Source: Eledone cirrhosa | Taxonomy: Eukaryota | NCBI GenBank assembly: GCA_964016885.1 | Contig: OZ024740.1 | Coordinates: 236,158,001-236,222,000, forward strand | Reading direction: 5' to 3' | DNA length: 64,000 bases | Part shown: positions 26,201-41,200 of the stretch, piece after piece | Layout: each line of letters begins with the position of its first letter | Numbering within the stretch: position 1 is the stretch's first letter | Notes under the pieces: generated by a model | The model's database searches: none | Seen by the model: only the letters and a program-made list of their open reading frames with translations | Told to the model about the DNA's origin: nothing | Translations under genes and position numbers: made by a program

Positions 26201-29200
26201 GGTATATTGCTAATTCTACAATTTAACGATGTCCCAACACTATAGCGAACAGGTATATTGCTAATTCTACAATTTAAAAATGTAACCACTCAAGGCTAAC
26301 TGTTATATTGCTAATTCTACAATTTAACAATGTAACCACTACAACTAACAGGTATATTGCTAATTCTACAATTTAACAATGAAACCACACTATAGCGAAC
26401 TGGTATAGTGTTAATTCTACAATTTAACAATGTAACCACTCTACAGCTTACTGGTATATTGCTAATTCTACAATTTAACAATGTAAGCACTACAGCTAAT
26501 TGGCATATTGCTAATTCTACAATTTAACTATGTAACCACTCTACAGCTAACTGGTATATTGCTAATTCTACAATTTAACAATGTAACCACTCTACCGCTA
26601 ACTGGTATATTGCTAATTCTACAATTTAACAATGTCAGCACTACAGCTAACTGGCATGTTGCTAATTCTACAATTTAACAAAGTAACCACTCTACAGCTA
26701 ACTGGTATATTTCTAATTCTACAATTTAAGAACGTAACCACTCTACATCACACTAATATATTGCTAATTCTACAATTTGACGATGTAACCAACTATAGCA
26801 AACTGGTATATTGCTACTCGTCTAATTTAACAATGTGACCACTCCATAGGTAACTTGTATATTGTTAATTCTACAATTTAACAATATAACCACACTATAG
26901 TTAACTGGTATATTGCTAATTCTAGTATTTAACAATGTAACCACTATAGCAAACAGGTATATACCTAATTCAACAATTTAACAATGTAATCACTATAGCT
27001 AACTGGTTTATTGCTAATTCTACAATTTAACAATGTCACAAATCTACAGCTAACTGGTATATTGCTAATTCTACAGTTAAACGATATAACCACTATCGCT
27101 AACTGGTATATTGCTAATTCTACAATCTAAAAATGTAACCCCTCTACAGCTAACTGGTATATGCTAATTCTACAATTTGACAATGTAACTACCATGGCTT
27201 ATTGGTATATTGCTAATTCTACAATTTAACAATGTAACCACTACAGCTAACAGGTATATTGCTAATTCTACAATTTAACATTGTAACCACTATTGCTTAC
27301 TGGTATATTACTAATTCTACAATTTAACAATGAAACCACTCTATAGCTAACTGGTATATTGCTAATTTAACAATTTAACAATGTACCCACACTATAGCAA
27401 ACTGGTAAAACGCTAATTCTACAATTTAACAATGTAACCACATTACAGCTAACTGGTATATTGCTAATTCTACAATTTAACGATATAAGCACGACAGCTA
27501 ACTGGCATATTGCTAATTCTACAATTTAACAATATAAGCACTCTACAGCTAACTGGTTTATTGCTAACTCTACAATTTAACAATGGAACCACTATACAGC
27601 TAACTGGTATATTGCTAATTCTACAATTTAACAATGTACCGACACTATAGCGAACTGGTATATTGCTAATTTAACAATGTAACCACTCTACAGCTAACTG
27701 GTATATTGCTAATTCTACAATTTAACAATATCACCACTATAGCTAACGGGTATATTGCTAATTCTATAATTTAACAATATAATCAATCTACAGCTAAGTG
27801 GTATATTGCTAATTTAACAATTTAACAGTTAACTGGTGTAATGCTAATCGTACAATTTAACAATGTAACCACTCTAGAGCTAACTGGTATATTGCTAATT
27901 CTATAATTTTACGATGTAATCACTACAGCTAACTGGTATATTGCTAATTCTATAATTTAACAATGTAACCACTATAGCCAACTGGTATATTGCTAATTTT
28001 ACAATCTAACAATGTAACCCCTCTACAGCCAACTGGTATATTGCTAATTCTACAATTTAACAATGTAACGACCATAGCTTATTGGTATATTGCTAATTCT
28101 ACAATTTAACAATGAAACCACTCTATAGTTAACTGGTATATTGCTAATTCTACAATTTAACAACGTACCCACACTATAGCGAACTGGTATATTGCTAATT
28201 CTACAATTTAACAATGTAACCACTCTACAGCTAACTGGTATATTGCTAATTGTAAAATTTAACAATGTACCCACACTATAGCGAACTGGTATATTGCTAA
28301 TTCTACAATTTAACAATGTAACCACTCTACAGCTAACTGGTATATTGCTAATTCTAAAATCTAACAATGTAAGCACTGCAGCTAACTGGCATATTGCTAA
28401 TTCTAAAATCTAACAATGTAACCACTATAGCTAACTGGTATATTGCTAATTCTATAATTTAACAATGTAACCACTATAGCTAACTGGTATGTTGCTAATT
28501 CTATAATTTAACAATGTAACCACACTATAGCTAACTGGTATATTGCAAATTCTACAATTTAACAATGTAACCACAGTATAGCTAACTGGTATATAGCTAA
28601 CTCTACAATTTAACAATGTAAACACTATAGCTAACTGGTTTATTGCTAATTCTACAATTTAACAATGTAACCACTCGATAGCTAACTGGTATATTGCTAA
28701 TTCTAAAATGAAACCATATAACCACTATAGCTGACTGGTATATTGCTAATTCTACAATTTCACAATTTAACAGCTGACTGGTGTAATGCTAATATACAAA
28801 TTTAACAATGTAACCACACTACAGCTAACTGGTATATTGCTAATTCTATAATTTAAAGATGTAACCACTAAAGCTAATTGGTATATTGCTAACTCTACAA
28901 TTTATCAATGTAACCACACTCGAGCTAACTGGTATATTGCTAATTGTACAATTTAACAATGTAACCACTATAGCTAACTGGTATATTGCTAATTCTACAA
29001 TTTAACAACGTAAACACTCGATAGCTAACTGGAATATTGGTAATTCTACAACTTAACAGTGTATCCAATACAGCTAACTGGTATATTGCTAATTTGTACA
29101 ATTTAACAATGAAACCAGTCTATAGCTAACTGGTATATTGCTAATTCTACAATTAAACGATATAACCACTACAGCTAAGTGGTATACTGCTAATTCTACA

Positions 29201-32200
29201 ATTTAACAATGTAACCACTACAGCTAACTGTTATACTGCTAATTCTACAATTTAACAATGTAACCACTATAGCTAACTGGTATATTGCTAATTCTATAAT
29301 TTAATAATGTAACCACTACAGCTAACTGGTATATTGCTAATTCCACAATTTAACAATGTAACCACTATAGCTAACTGGTATATTGAGTATTCTACAATTT
29401 AACAATGTAAACACTCTGGAGCTAACTGGTTTATTGCTAATGCTACAATTTAACAATGTAACCACACTACAGCTAACTGGTATATTGCTAATTCTACATT
29501 TTAACAATGTAACCACTATATAGCTAACTGGTATATTGCTAATTCTACAATTTAACAATGAAACCACTCTATAGCTGACTGGTATATAGCTAATGCTACA
29601 ATTTAACAATGCACCCACACTATAGCGAACTGGTATATTGCTAATTCTACAATTTAACAATGTAACCACACTACAGATAACTGGTATATTGCTAATTCTA
29701 CAATTTAACAATGTAACCACTCTACAGCTAACTGGTATATTGGTAATTCTACAATTTAACAATGTAACCACTCTACAGCTAACTGGTATATTGCTAATTC
29801 TACAATTTAACAATGTAACCACACTACAGATAACTGGTATATTGCTAATTCTACAATTTAACAATGTAACCACACTACAGATAACAGGTATATTTCTAAT
29901 TCTACAATTTAACAATGTTACCACTACAGCTAACTGGTATATTGGTAATTCTATAATTTAACAGTGTAACCAATACAGCTAACTGGTATATTGCTAATTT
30001 GTACAATTTAACAATGTAACCAGTCTACAGCTAACTGGTATATTGCTAATTCTACAATTAAACAATATAACCACTATAGCTGACTGGTTTATTGCTAATT
30101 CTACAATTTAACAATGTAACCACTCTATAGCTAACTGGTATATTGGTAATTCTACAATTTAACAATGTAACCACTCTACAGCTAACTGGTATATTGCTAA
30201 ATTTTACAATTTATCAAAGTAACCAGTCTACAGCTAACTGGTATATTGCTAATTCTACAATTAAATGATATAACCACTATATCTGACTGGTATATTGATA
30301 ATTCTACAAGTTAAGAATGTAACCACTCTACTTTTATATTGCTAATTCTACAATTTAACAATGTAACCACCCTACAGCTAACTGTCATATTACTAATTCT
30401 ACAATTTAACAATGTAACCACTACAGCTCACTGGTATATTGCTAATTCTACAGTTTAATAATGTAACCACTCTATAGCTAACTGGTATATTGCTAATTCT
30501 ACAATTTAACAATGTAACCACTCTACAGCTAACTGGTATATTGCTAATTTTACAATTTAACAATGTAACCTGTCTATAGCTAACTGGTATATTGATAATT
30601 CTACAATTTAACAATGTAACCACTCTACAGCTAACTGATATATTGCTAATTCTACAATTTAACAATTTAACACCTCACTTGTATATTGCTAATCGTACAA
30701 TTTAACAATGTAACCACTCCATAGCTAACTGGTATATTGCTAATTCTACAATTTAGCAATGTCATAAATCTATAGCTAATTGGTATATTGCTAATTCTAC
30801 AATTTAACAATGCCACCACTACAGCTAACTGGTATATTTCTAATTCTACAATTTAAGAACGTAACCACTCTACATCTAACTAGTATATTGCTAATTCTAG
30901 AATTTAACAGTGTAACTACTCTACAGCTAACTGTTATATTGCTAATTCTACAATTTAACAATTTAACCACTATAGCGAACTGGTATAATGCTAATTCTAT
31001 AATTTAACAATGTAACCACTATAGCTAATTGGTATATTGCAAATTCTACAATTTAACAATTTAACCACTCTACAGCTAACTGGTATATTGCTAATTCTAC
31101 AATCTAACAATGTAACCACACTATAGCTAACTGGTATATTGCTAATTGTACAATTTAACAATATAACCACGATAGCTAACTGGTATATTGCTAATTTTAC
31201 AATTTAACAATGTAACCACTATTGCTAACTGGTTTATTGCTAATTCTACAATTTAACAATGTCACAAATCTACAGCTAACTGGTATATTGCTAATTCTAC
31301 AATTAAACAATATAACCACTATAGCTGACTGGTATATTGCTAATTCTACAATGTAACAATGTAATCATTCTACAGCTAAGTGGTATATTGCTTATTCTAC
31401 AATTTACCAATTTAAAAGCTAACAGGTGTAATGCTAATCGTATAATTTAACAATGTAACCAGTCTAGAGCTAACTGGTATATTGCTAATTCTATAATTTA
31501 ACGATGTAACCACTACAGCTAACTGGTATATTGGTAATTCTACAATTTAACAATTTAACCACTTTACAGCTAACTGGTTCATTGCTAATTCTACAATTTA
31601 ACAATGTTATCACTCTACAGCTAAGTTGTATATTGCTAATTCTATAATTTAACAATGTAACCACTCTATAGCTAACTGGTATATTGCTAATTTTACAATT
31701 TAACAATGTAACCACTACTGGTAACTGGTATATTGCTAATTCTACAACGTAACAATGTAACCACTCTACAGCTAACTGGTATATTGGTAATTATACAATT
31801 TAACAACTTAACCACTTTACAGCTAACTGGTTCATTGCTAATTCTACAATTTAACAATATAACCACTCTACAGCTAACTGTTATATCGCTAATTCTACAA
31901 TTTAACAATGTAACCTCTCTATAGCTAACTGGTATATTGCTAATTCTACAATTTAACAATGTAACCACCACTGCTAACTGTTATATTGCTAATTCTACAA
32001 TTTAACAATGTAACCACTCTACAGCTCACTGGCATATTGCTAATTCTACAATTTAACAATCTAACCAATACAGCTAACAGGTATATTGCAAATTCTACAA
32101 TTTAACCACTCTACAGCTAACTGGTATGTTGCTAATTCTACAACTTAACATTGTAACCTATATAGCTTACTGCTATATTGCTAATTCTACAATTTCACAA

Positions 32201-35200
32201 TGAAACCACTCTATAGCTAACTGGTATATTGCTAATTCTACAATTTAACAATGTACCCACACTATAGCGAACTGGTATATTGCTGATTCTACAATTGAAC
32301 AATGTAAGCTCTCCACTGCTAACTGGTATGTTGCTAATTCTACAATTTAACAACGTAAACACTATAGCTAACAGGTATATACCTAATTCTACAATTTAAC
32401 AATGTAACCACACTATAGCTAACTGGTATGTTGATAATTCTACAATTTAACAATGTAACCACGCTACAACTAACTATTATATTGCTAATTCTACAATTTA
32501 ACAATGTAACCACTATAGCTAACAGGTATATACCTAATTCTACAATTTAACAATGTAACCACTATAGCTAACTGGCATATTGCTAATTCTACAAGTTAAC
32601 AATGTAACCACTATAGCTAACTGGTTTATTGCTAATTCTACAATTTAACAACGTCACAAATCTACAGCTAACTGATATATTGATAATCCTTCAATTTAAC
32701 AATGTAACCATTACTGCTAACTGGTATATTGCTAATTCTACAACGTAACAATGTAACCACTCTACAGCTAACTGGTATATTGGTAATTATACAATTTAAC
32801 AACTTAACCACTTTACAGCTAACTGGTTCATTGCTAATTCTACAATTTAACAATGTAACCACTCTACAGCTAACTGGTATATTGCTAATTTTACAATTTA
32901 ACAATGTAAGCAATCCACAGCTAACTGGTATATTGGTAATTCTACAATTTAACAGTGTAACCACTACAGCTAACTGGTATATTGCTGATTTTTACAATTT
33001 AACAATGCAACCACTCTACAGCTAACTGGTATATTGCTAATTCTATAATTTAACAATGTAACCACTCTATAGCTAACTGGTATATTGCTAATTTTACATT
33101 TTAACAATGTAACCACTATTGCTAACTGGTATATTGCTAATTCTACAACGTCACAATGTAACCACCCTAGAGCTAACTGGGATATTGGTAATTCTACAAT
33201 TTAACAAATTAACCACTCTACAGCTAACTGGCATATTGCTAATTCTACAATTTAACAATGTAACCACTACAGCTCACTGGTATATTGCTAATTCTACAAT
33301 TTAACAGTGTAACCACTACAGCTCACTGGTATATTGCTAATTCTACAGTTTAACAATGTAACCTCTCTATAGCTAACTGGTATATTGCAAATTCTACAAT
33401 TTAACCACTCTACAGCTAACTGGTATGTTGCTAATTCTACAACTTAACATTGTAACCAATATAGCTTACTGGTATATTGCTAATTCTATAATTTAACAAT
33501 GAAACCACTCTATAGCTAACTGGTATATTGCTAATTCTACAATTTAACAATGTACCCACACTATAGCGAACTGGTATATTGCTAATTCTACAATTTAACA
33601 ATGTACCCACACTATAGCGAACTGGTATATTGCTAATTCTATAATTTAACAATGTAACCACTACTGCTAACTGGTATATTGCTAATTCTACAATTTAACA
33701 ATGTAACCTCTCTATAGCTCACTGGAATATTGCTAATTCTACAATTTTACAATGTAACCACTACTGCTAACTGGTATATTGCTAATTCTACAATTTAACA
33801 ATGTCACAAATCTACAGCTAACTGGTATATTGCTAATTCTACAATTTAACAATCTAACCACTACTGCTAACTGGTATATTGCTAATTCTAAAACGTAACA
33901 ATGTAACCACTCTTCAGCTAACTGGTATATTGCTAATTCTACAATTTAACAATGTAACCACTCAACAGCTAACTGGTATATTGATAATTCTACAATTTAA
34001 CAATGTAACCAGTCTACAGCTAACTGGTATATTGCTAATTCTACAATTAAGCGATATAAGCACTATAGCTGACAGGTTTATTGCTAATTCTACAATTTTA
34101 CAATGTAACCACTATAGCTAACTGGTATATTGCTAATTCTACAATTTAACAATGTCACCACTCTACATCTAACTGGTATATTGCTAATTTAACAATGTAA
34201 CCACACTATAGCTAACTGGTATGTTGCTAATTCTACAATTTTACAATGTAACCACTATAGCTAACTGGTACATTGCTAATTCTACAAATTAACAATGTAA
34301 CCACTATAGCTAACTGGCTTATTGCTAATTCTACAATTTAACAATGTCACAAATCTACAGCTAACTGGTATATTGCTAATTATACAATTTAACAATGTAA
34401 CCACTCTATAGCTAACTGGTATATTGCTAATTCTACAATTTAACAATGTAAGCACTCCACAGCTAACTGGTATATTGGTAATACTACAATTTAACAGTGT
34501 AACCACTACAGCTAACTGGTATATTGCTAATTTTTACAATTTAACAATGTAACCAGACTAGAGTTAACTAGTATATTGATAATTCTACAATTACGCGATA
34601 TAACAATGTAACTACTCGATAGATAACTGGTACATTGCAAATTCTACAACTTAACAATGTAACCAGTACAGCTAACTGGCACATTGCTAATTATACAATT
34701 TAACAATGTAATCTGTACAGCTAACTGGTATATTGCTAATTCTACAATTTAACACTGTAACCAGTCTACAGCTAACTGGTATATTGCTAATTCTACGATT
34801 TAACAATGAAACCATTCTACAGCTAACTAGTATATTGCTAATTCTACAATTTAACAATGTAACAAATACAGCTAACTGGTATATTGATAATTCTACAATT
34901 TAACAATGTAACCACTCAACAGCTAACTGATATATTGCTAATTCTACAATTTATCAATGTAACCATTCAACAGCTAACTGGTATATTGGTAATTCTACAA
35001 TTTAACAATTTAACCACTCTATAGCTAACTGGTATATTGCTAATTCTACAATTTAACAATGTACCCTCTCTGCAGCTAACTGGTATATTGCTAATTCTAA
35101 AATTTAACAATGTAACCACTACAGCTAACAGGTATATTGCTAATTTTATAATCTAACAATGTAACCCCTCTATAGCTAATTGGTATATTGCTAATTTTAC

Positions 35201-38200
35201 AATTTGACAATGTAACCACTCTATAGCTAACTGGTATATTGCTAATTCGATAATTTAACAATATAACCATTCTACAGCTAACTGGTATATTGCTAATTCT
35301 ACAATTTAACAATGTAACCTCTACAGCTAACGGGTATATCGCAAATTCGACAATTAAACAATGTAACCTCTCTACTGCTAATTGGTATAATGCGAATTCT
35401 ACAATTTAACAATATAACCACTCTATAGCTAACTGGTATATTGCTAATTCGATAATTTAACAATATAACCATTCTACAGCTAACTGGTATATTGCTAATT
35501 CTACAATTTAACAATGTAACCTCTACAGCTAACGGGTATATCGCAAATTCGACAATTTAACAATGTAACCTCTCTACAGCTAATTGGTATAATGCGAATT
35601 CTACAATTTAACAATATAACCACTTAACAGCTAACTGGTATATTGATAATTCTACAATTTAACAATTTAACCAGTCTACAGCTAACTGGTATATTGCTAA
35701 TTCTACAATTAAGCGATATAACCACTATAGCTGACAGGTTTATTGCTAATTCTACAATTTAACAATGTAACCTCTCTATAGCTCACTGGTATGTTGCTAA
35801 TTCTACAACTTAACATTGTAACCTATATAGCTTACTGGTATATTGCTAATTCTACAATTTCACAATGAAACCACTCTATAGCTAACTGGTATATTGCTAA
35901 TTCTACAATTTAACGATGTACCCACACTACAGCGAACTGGTATATTGCTAATTCTACAATTTAACAATGTAAGCTCTCCACAGCTAACTGGTATATTGGT
36001 AATTCTACAATTTAACAGTGTAACCACTACAGCTAACTGGTATATTGCTAATTCTACAATTTAACAATGTAACCACTCTACAGCTAACTGGTATGTTGCT
36101 AATTCTACAACTTAACATTGTAACTAATATAGCTTACTGGTATATTGCTAATTCTATAATTTAACAATGAAACCACTCCATAGCTAACTGGTATATTGCT
36201 AATTCTACAATTTAACAATGTACCCACACTATAGCGAACTGGTATATTGCTAATTCTACAATTTAACAATGTAACCACTTACATCTAACTGGTATATTGC
36301 TAATTTAACAATGTAACCACACTATAGCTAACTGGTATGTTGCTAATTCTACAATTTTACAATGTAACCACTATAGCTAACTGGTACATTGCTAATTCTA
36401 CAAATTAACAATGTAACCACTATAGCTAACTGGCTTATTGCTAATTCTACAATTTAACAATGTCACAAATCTACAGCTAACTAGTATATTGCTAATTATA
36501 CAATTTAACAATGTAACCACTCTATAGCTAACTGGTATATTGCTAATTCTACAATTTAACAATGTAAGCATTCCACAGCTAACTGGTATATTGGTAATTC
36601 TACAATTTAACAGTGTCACCACTACAGCTAACTGGTATATTGCTAAATTTTACAATTTAACAATGTAACCAGTCTAGAGTTAACTAGTATATTGATAATT
36701 CTACAATTACGCGATATAACAATGTAACTACTCGATAGCTAACTGGTACATTGCAAATTCTACAACTTAACAATGTAACCAGTACAGCTAACTGGCACAT
36801 TGCTAATTATACAATTTAACAATGTAATCTGTACAGCTAACTGGTATATTGCTAATTCTACAATTTAACACTGTAACCACTCTACAGCTAACTGGTATAT
36901 TGCTAATTCTACGATTTAACAATGAAACCATTCTACAGCTAACTAGTATATTGCTAATTCTACAATTTAACAAAGTAACAAATACAGCTAACTGGTATAT
37001 TGATAATTCTACAATTTAACAATGTAACCACTCAACAGCTAACTGATATATTGCTAATTCTACAATTTATCAATGTAACCATTCAACAGCTAACTGGTAT
37101 ATTGGTAATTCTACAATTTAACAATTTAACGACTCTATAGCTAACTGGTATATTGCTAATTCTACAATTTAACAATGTACCCTCTCTGCAGCTAACTGGT
37201 ATATTGCTAATTCTAAAATTTAACAATGTAACCACTACAGCTAACAGGTATATTGCTAATTTTATAATTTAACAATGTAACCACTCTATAGCTAATTGGT
37301 ATATTGCTAATTCTACAATTTAACAATGTAACCTCTACAGCTAACAGGTATATCGCAAATTCGACAATTTAACAATGTAACCTCTCTACAGCTAATTGGT
37401 ATAATGCGAATTCTAGAATTTAACAATATAACCACTCTATAGCTAACTGGTATTTTACTAATTCTACAATTTAACAATCTAACCACTACAGATAACAGGT
37501 ATATTGCTAATTCTACAATTTAACAATGTAATCTCTACAGCTAACTGGTATATTGTTAATTCTACAAATTAACAATGTAACAAATACAGCGAACTGGTAT
37601 ATTGCTAATTCTACAATTTAACAATTTAACCACTCTATAGCTAACTGGTATATTGCTAATTCTACAATTTAACAACTTAACAACTTTACAGCTAACTGAT
37701 GTATTGCGAATTCTATAATTTAACAATGTAACCACTCTACAGCTAACTGGTATATTGCTAATTCCACAATTTAACAATGTAACAAATACAGCGAACTGGT
37801 ATATTGCTAATTCTACAATTTAACAATTTAACCACTGTATAGCTAACTGGTATATTGCTAATTCTACAATTTAACAACTTAACAACTTTACAGCTAACTG
37901 ATGTATTGCTAATTCTATAATTTAACAATGTAACCACTACAGCTAACAGGTATATTGCTAATTTTATAATTTAACAATGTAACCACTCTATAGCTAATTG
38001 GTATATTGCTAATTCTATAATTTAACAATATAATCATACTACAGCTAACTTGTATATTGCTAATTCTACAATTTAACAATGTAAACTCTACAGCTAACTG
38101 GTATATTGCAAATTCTACAATTTAACAATGTAACCTCTCTACAGCTAATTGGTATAATGCGAATTCTACGATTTAACAATGTAACCAATCTACAGCTAAC

Positions 38201-41200
38201 TGGTATATTGCTAATTTTACAATTTAACAATGTAACCACTACAGATAACAGGTATATTGCTAATTCTACAATTTAATAATGTAATCTCTACAGCTAACTG
38301 GTATATTGCTAATTCTACAATTTAACAATGTAACCACTCTATAGCTAACTGATATATTGCAAATTCTACAATTTAACAATGTAACCACTCTATAGCTAAC
38401 TGGTATATTGCTAATTCTACAATTTAACAATGTAACCACTACAGATAACAGGTATATTGCTAATTCTACAATTTAACAATGTAACCTCTACAGCTAACTG
38501 GTATATTGCAAATTCTACAATTTAACGATGTAATCTCTACAGCTAACTGGTATATTGCAAATTCTACAATTTAACCATGTAACCTCTCTACAGCTAATTG
38601 GTATATTGCGAATTCTACAATTTAACAATGTAACAACTATAGCTAAAGGGTATATTTCTAATTCTACAATTTAACAATGTAACCATTCAACAGCTAACTG
38701 GTATATTGGTAATTCTACAATTTAACAATTTAACCACTCTATAGCTAACTGGTATATTGCTAAATCTACAATTTAACAATGTAACCACTACAGCTAACTG
38801 GTATATTGCTAATTTTACAATTTAACAATGTAACCGCTACAGATAACAGGTATATTGCTAATTTTACAATTTAACAATGTAATCTCTACAGCTAAGTGGT
38901 ATATTGCTAATTCTACAATTTAAAAATGTAACCACTACAGCTAACGGGTATATTGCTAATTCTACAATTTAAAAATGTAACCACTATAGCTAACTGCTAT
39001 ATTGCTAATTCTACAATTTAACAATGTAACCACTCTACAGCTAACTGGTATATATATAATTCTACAATTTAACAATGTAACCACTCTACAGCTAAGTGAT
39101 ATATTGCTAATTCTACGATTTAACAATGAAACTATTCTACAGCTAACTAGTATATTGATAATTCTACAATTTCACAATGTAACCATTCAACAGCTAACTG
39201 GTATATTGGTAATTCTACAATTTCACAATGTAACCATTCAGCAGCTAACTGGTATATTGCTAATTCTACAATCTAACAATGTAACCATTCAACAGCTAAC
39301 TGGTATATTGGTAATTCTACAATTTAACAATTTAACCACTCTACAGCTAACTGGTATATTGCTAATTCTACAATTTAACAAGTTAGCAACTTTACAGCTA
39401 ACTGGTTTATTGCTAATTCTACAATTTAACAATGTTATCACTCTACAGCTAACTGGTATATTGCTAATTCTACAATTTAACAATGTAACCCCTCTACTTC
39501 TAACTGGTGTATTGCTAATTATACAATTTAACAATGTAACCACTACAGCTAACTGGTATATTGCTAAATCTACAATTCAACAATGTAACCACTCTATAGC
39601 TAATTGGTATATTGCTAATTCTACAATTTAACAATGTAACCACTCTATAGCTTACTGGTATATTGCTAATTCTACAATTTAACAATGTAACCATTCTACA
39701 GCTAACTGGTATATTGTTAATTCTACAATTTAACAATGTAAACTCTACAGCTAACTGGTATATTGCAAATTCTACAATTTAATTATGTAACCTCTCTACA
39801 GCTAATTGGTATATTGCGAATTCTACAATTTAACAATGTAACCACTCTAGAGCTAACTGGTATATTGCTAATTCTACAATTTAACAATCTAACCACTCTA
39901 CAGCTAACTGGTATATTGCTAATTCTACATTTTAACAATGTCACAAATCTATAGCTATCTGGTATATTGAACATTCTACAATTTGAAAATGTCACCACTA
40001 CAGCTAACTTGTATATTGCTAATCTACAATTTAACAATGTAACCACTACTGCTAACTGGTATATTGCTAATTCTACAGTTTAACAATGTAACCACTACTG
40101 CTAACTGGTATATTGCTAATTCTACAATTTAACAATGTAACCACCACTGCTAACTGGTATATTGCTAATTCTACAATTTAACAATGTAACCACTACTGCT
40201 AACAGGTGCATTGCTAATTCTACAATTTAACAATGTAACCACTCTACAGCCTACTGGCATATTGCTAATTCTACAATTTAACAATGTAACCACTACAGCT
40301 CACTGGTATATTGCAAATTCTACAATTTAACAACGTAACCACTCTATAGCTAACTGGTATATTGATAATTCTACAACTTAACAATGTAACCAGTACAGCT
40401 AACTGGCACATTGCTAATTCTACAATTTAACAATGTAATCTCTACAGCTAACTGGTATATTGCTAATTCTACAAATTAACAATGTAACAAATACAGCGAA
40501 CTGGTATATTGCTAATTCTACAATTTAACAATTTAACCACTCTATAGCTAACTGGTATATTGCTAATTCTACAATTTAACAACTTAACAACTTTACAGCT
40601 AACTGATGTATTGCGATTTCTATAATTTAACAATGTAACCAATCTACAGCTAACTGGTATATTGCTAATTCTACAATTTAACAATGTAACAAATACAGCG
40701 AACTGGTATTTTGCTAATTCTACAATTTAACAATTTAACCACTCTATAGCTAACTGGTATATTGCTAATTCTACAATTTAACAATTTAACAACTTTACAG
40801 CTAACTGATGTATTGCTAATTCTATAATTTAACAATGTAACCACTCTATAGCTAACTTGTATATTGCTAATTCTACAATTTAACAATGTACCCTCTCTAC
40901 AGCTAACTGGTATATTGCTAATTCTACAATTTAACAATGTAACCACTACAGCTAACAGGTATATTGCTAATTTTATAATTTAACAATGTAACCACTCTAT
41001 AGCTAATTGGTATATTGCTAATTCTATAATTTAACAATATAATCATACTACAGCTAACTCGTATATTGTTAATTCTACAATTTAACAATGTAACCTCTAC
41101 AGCTAACTGGTATATCGCAAATTCTACAATTTAACAATGTAACCTCTCTACAGCTAATTGGTATATTGCTTATTCTACAATTTAACAATGTAACCACTAC

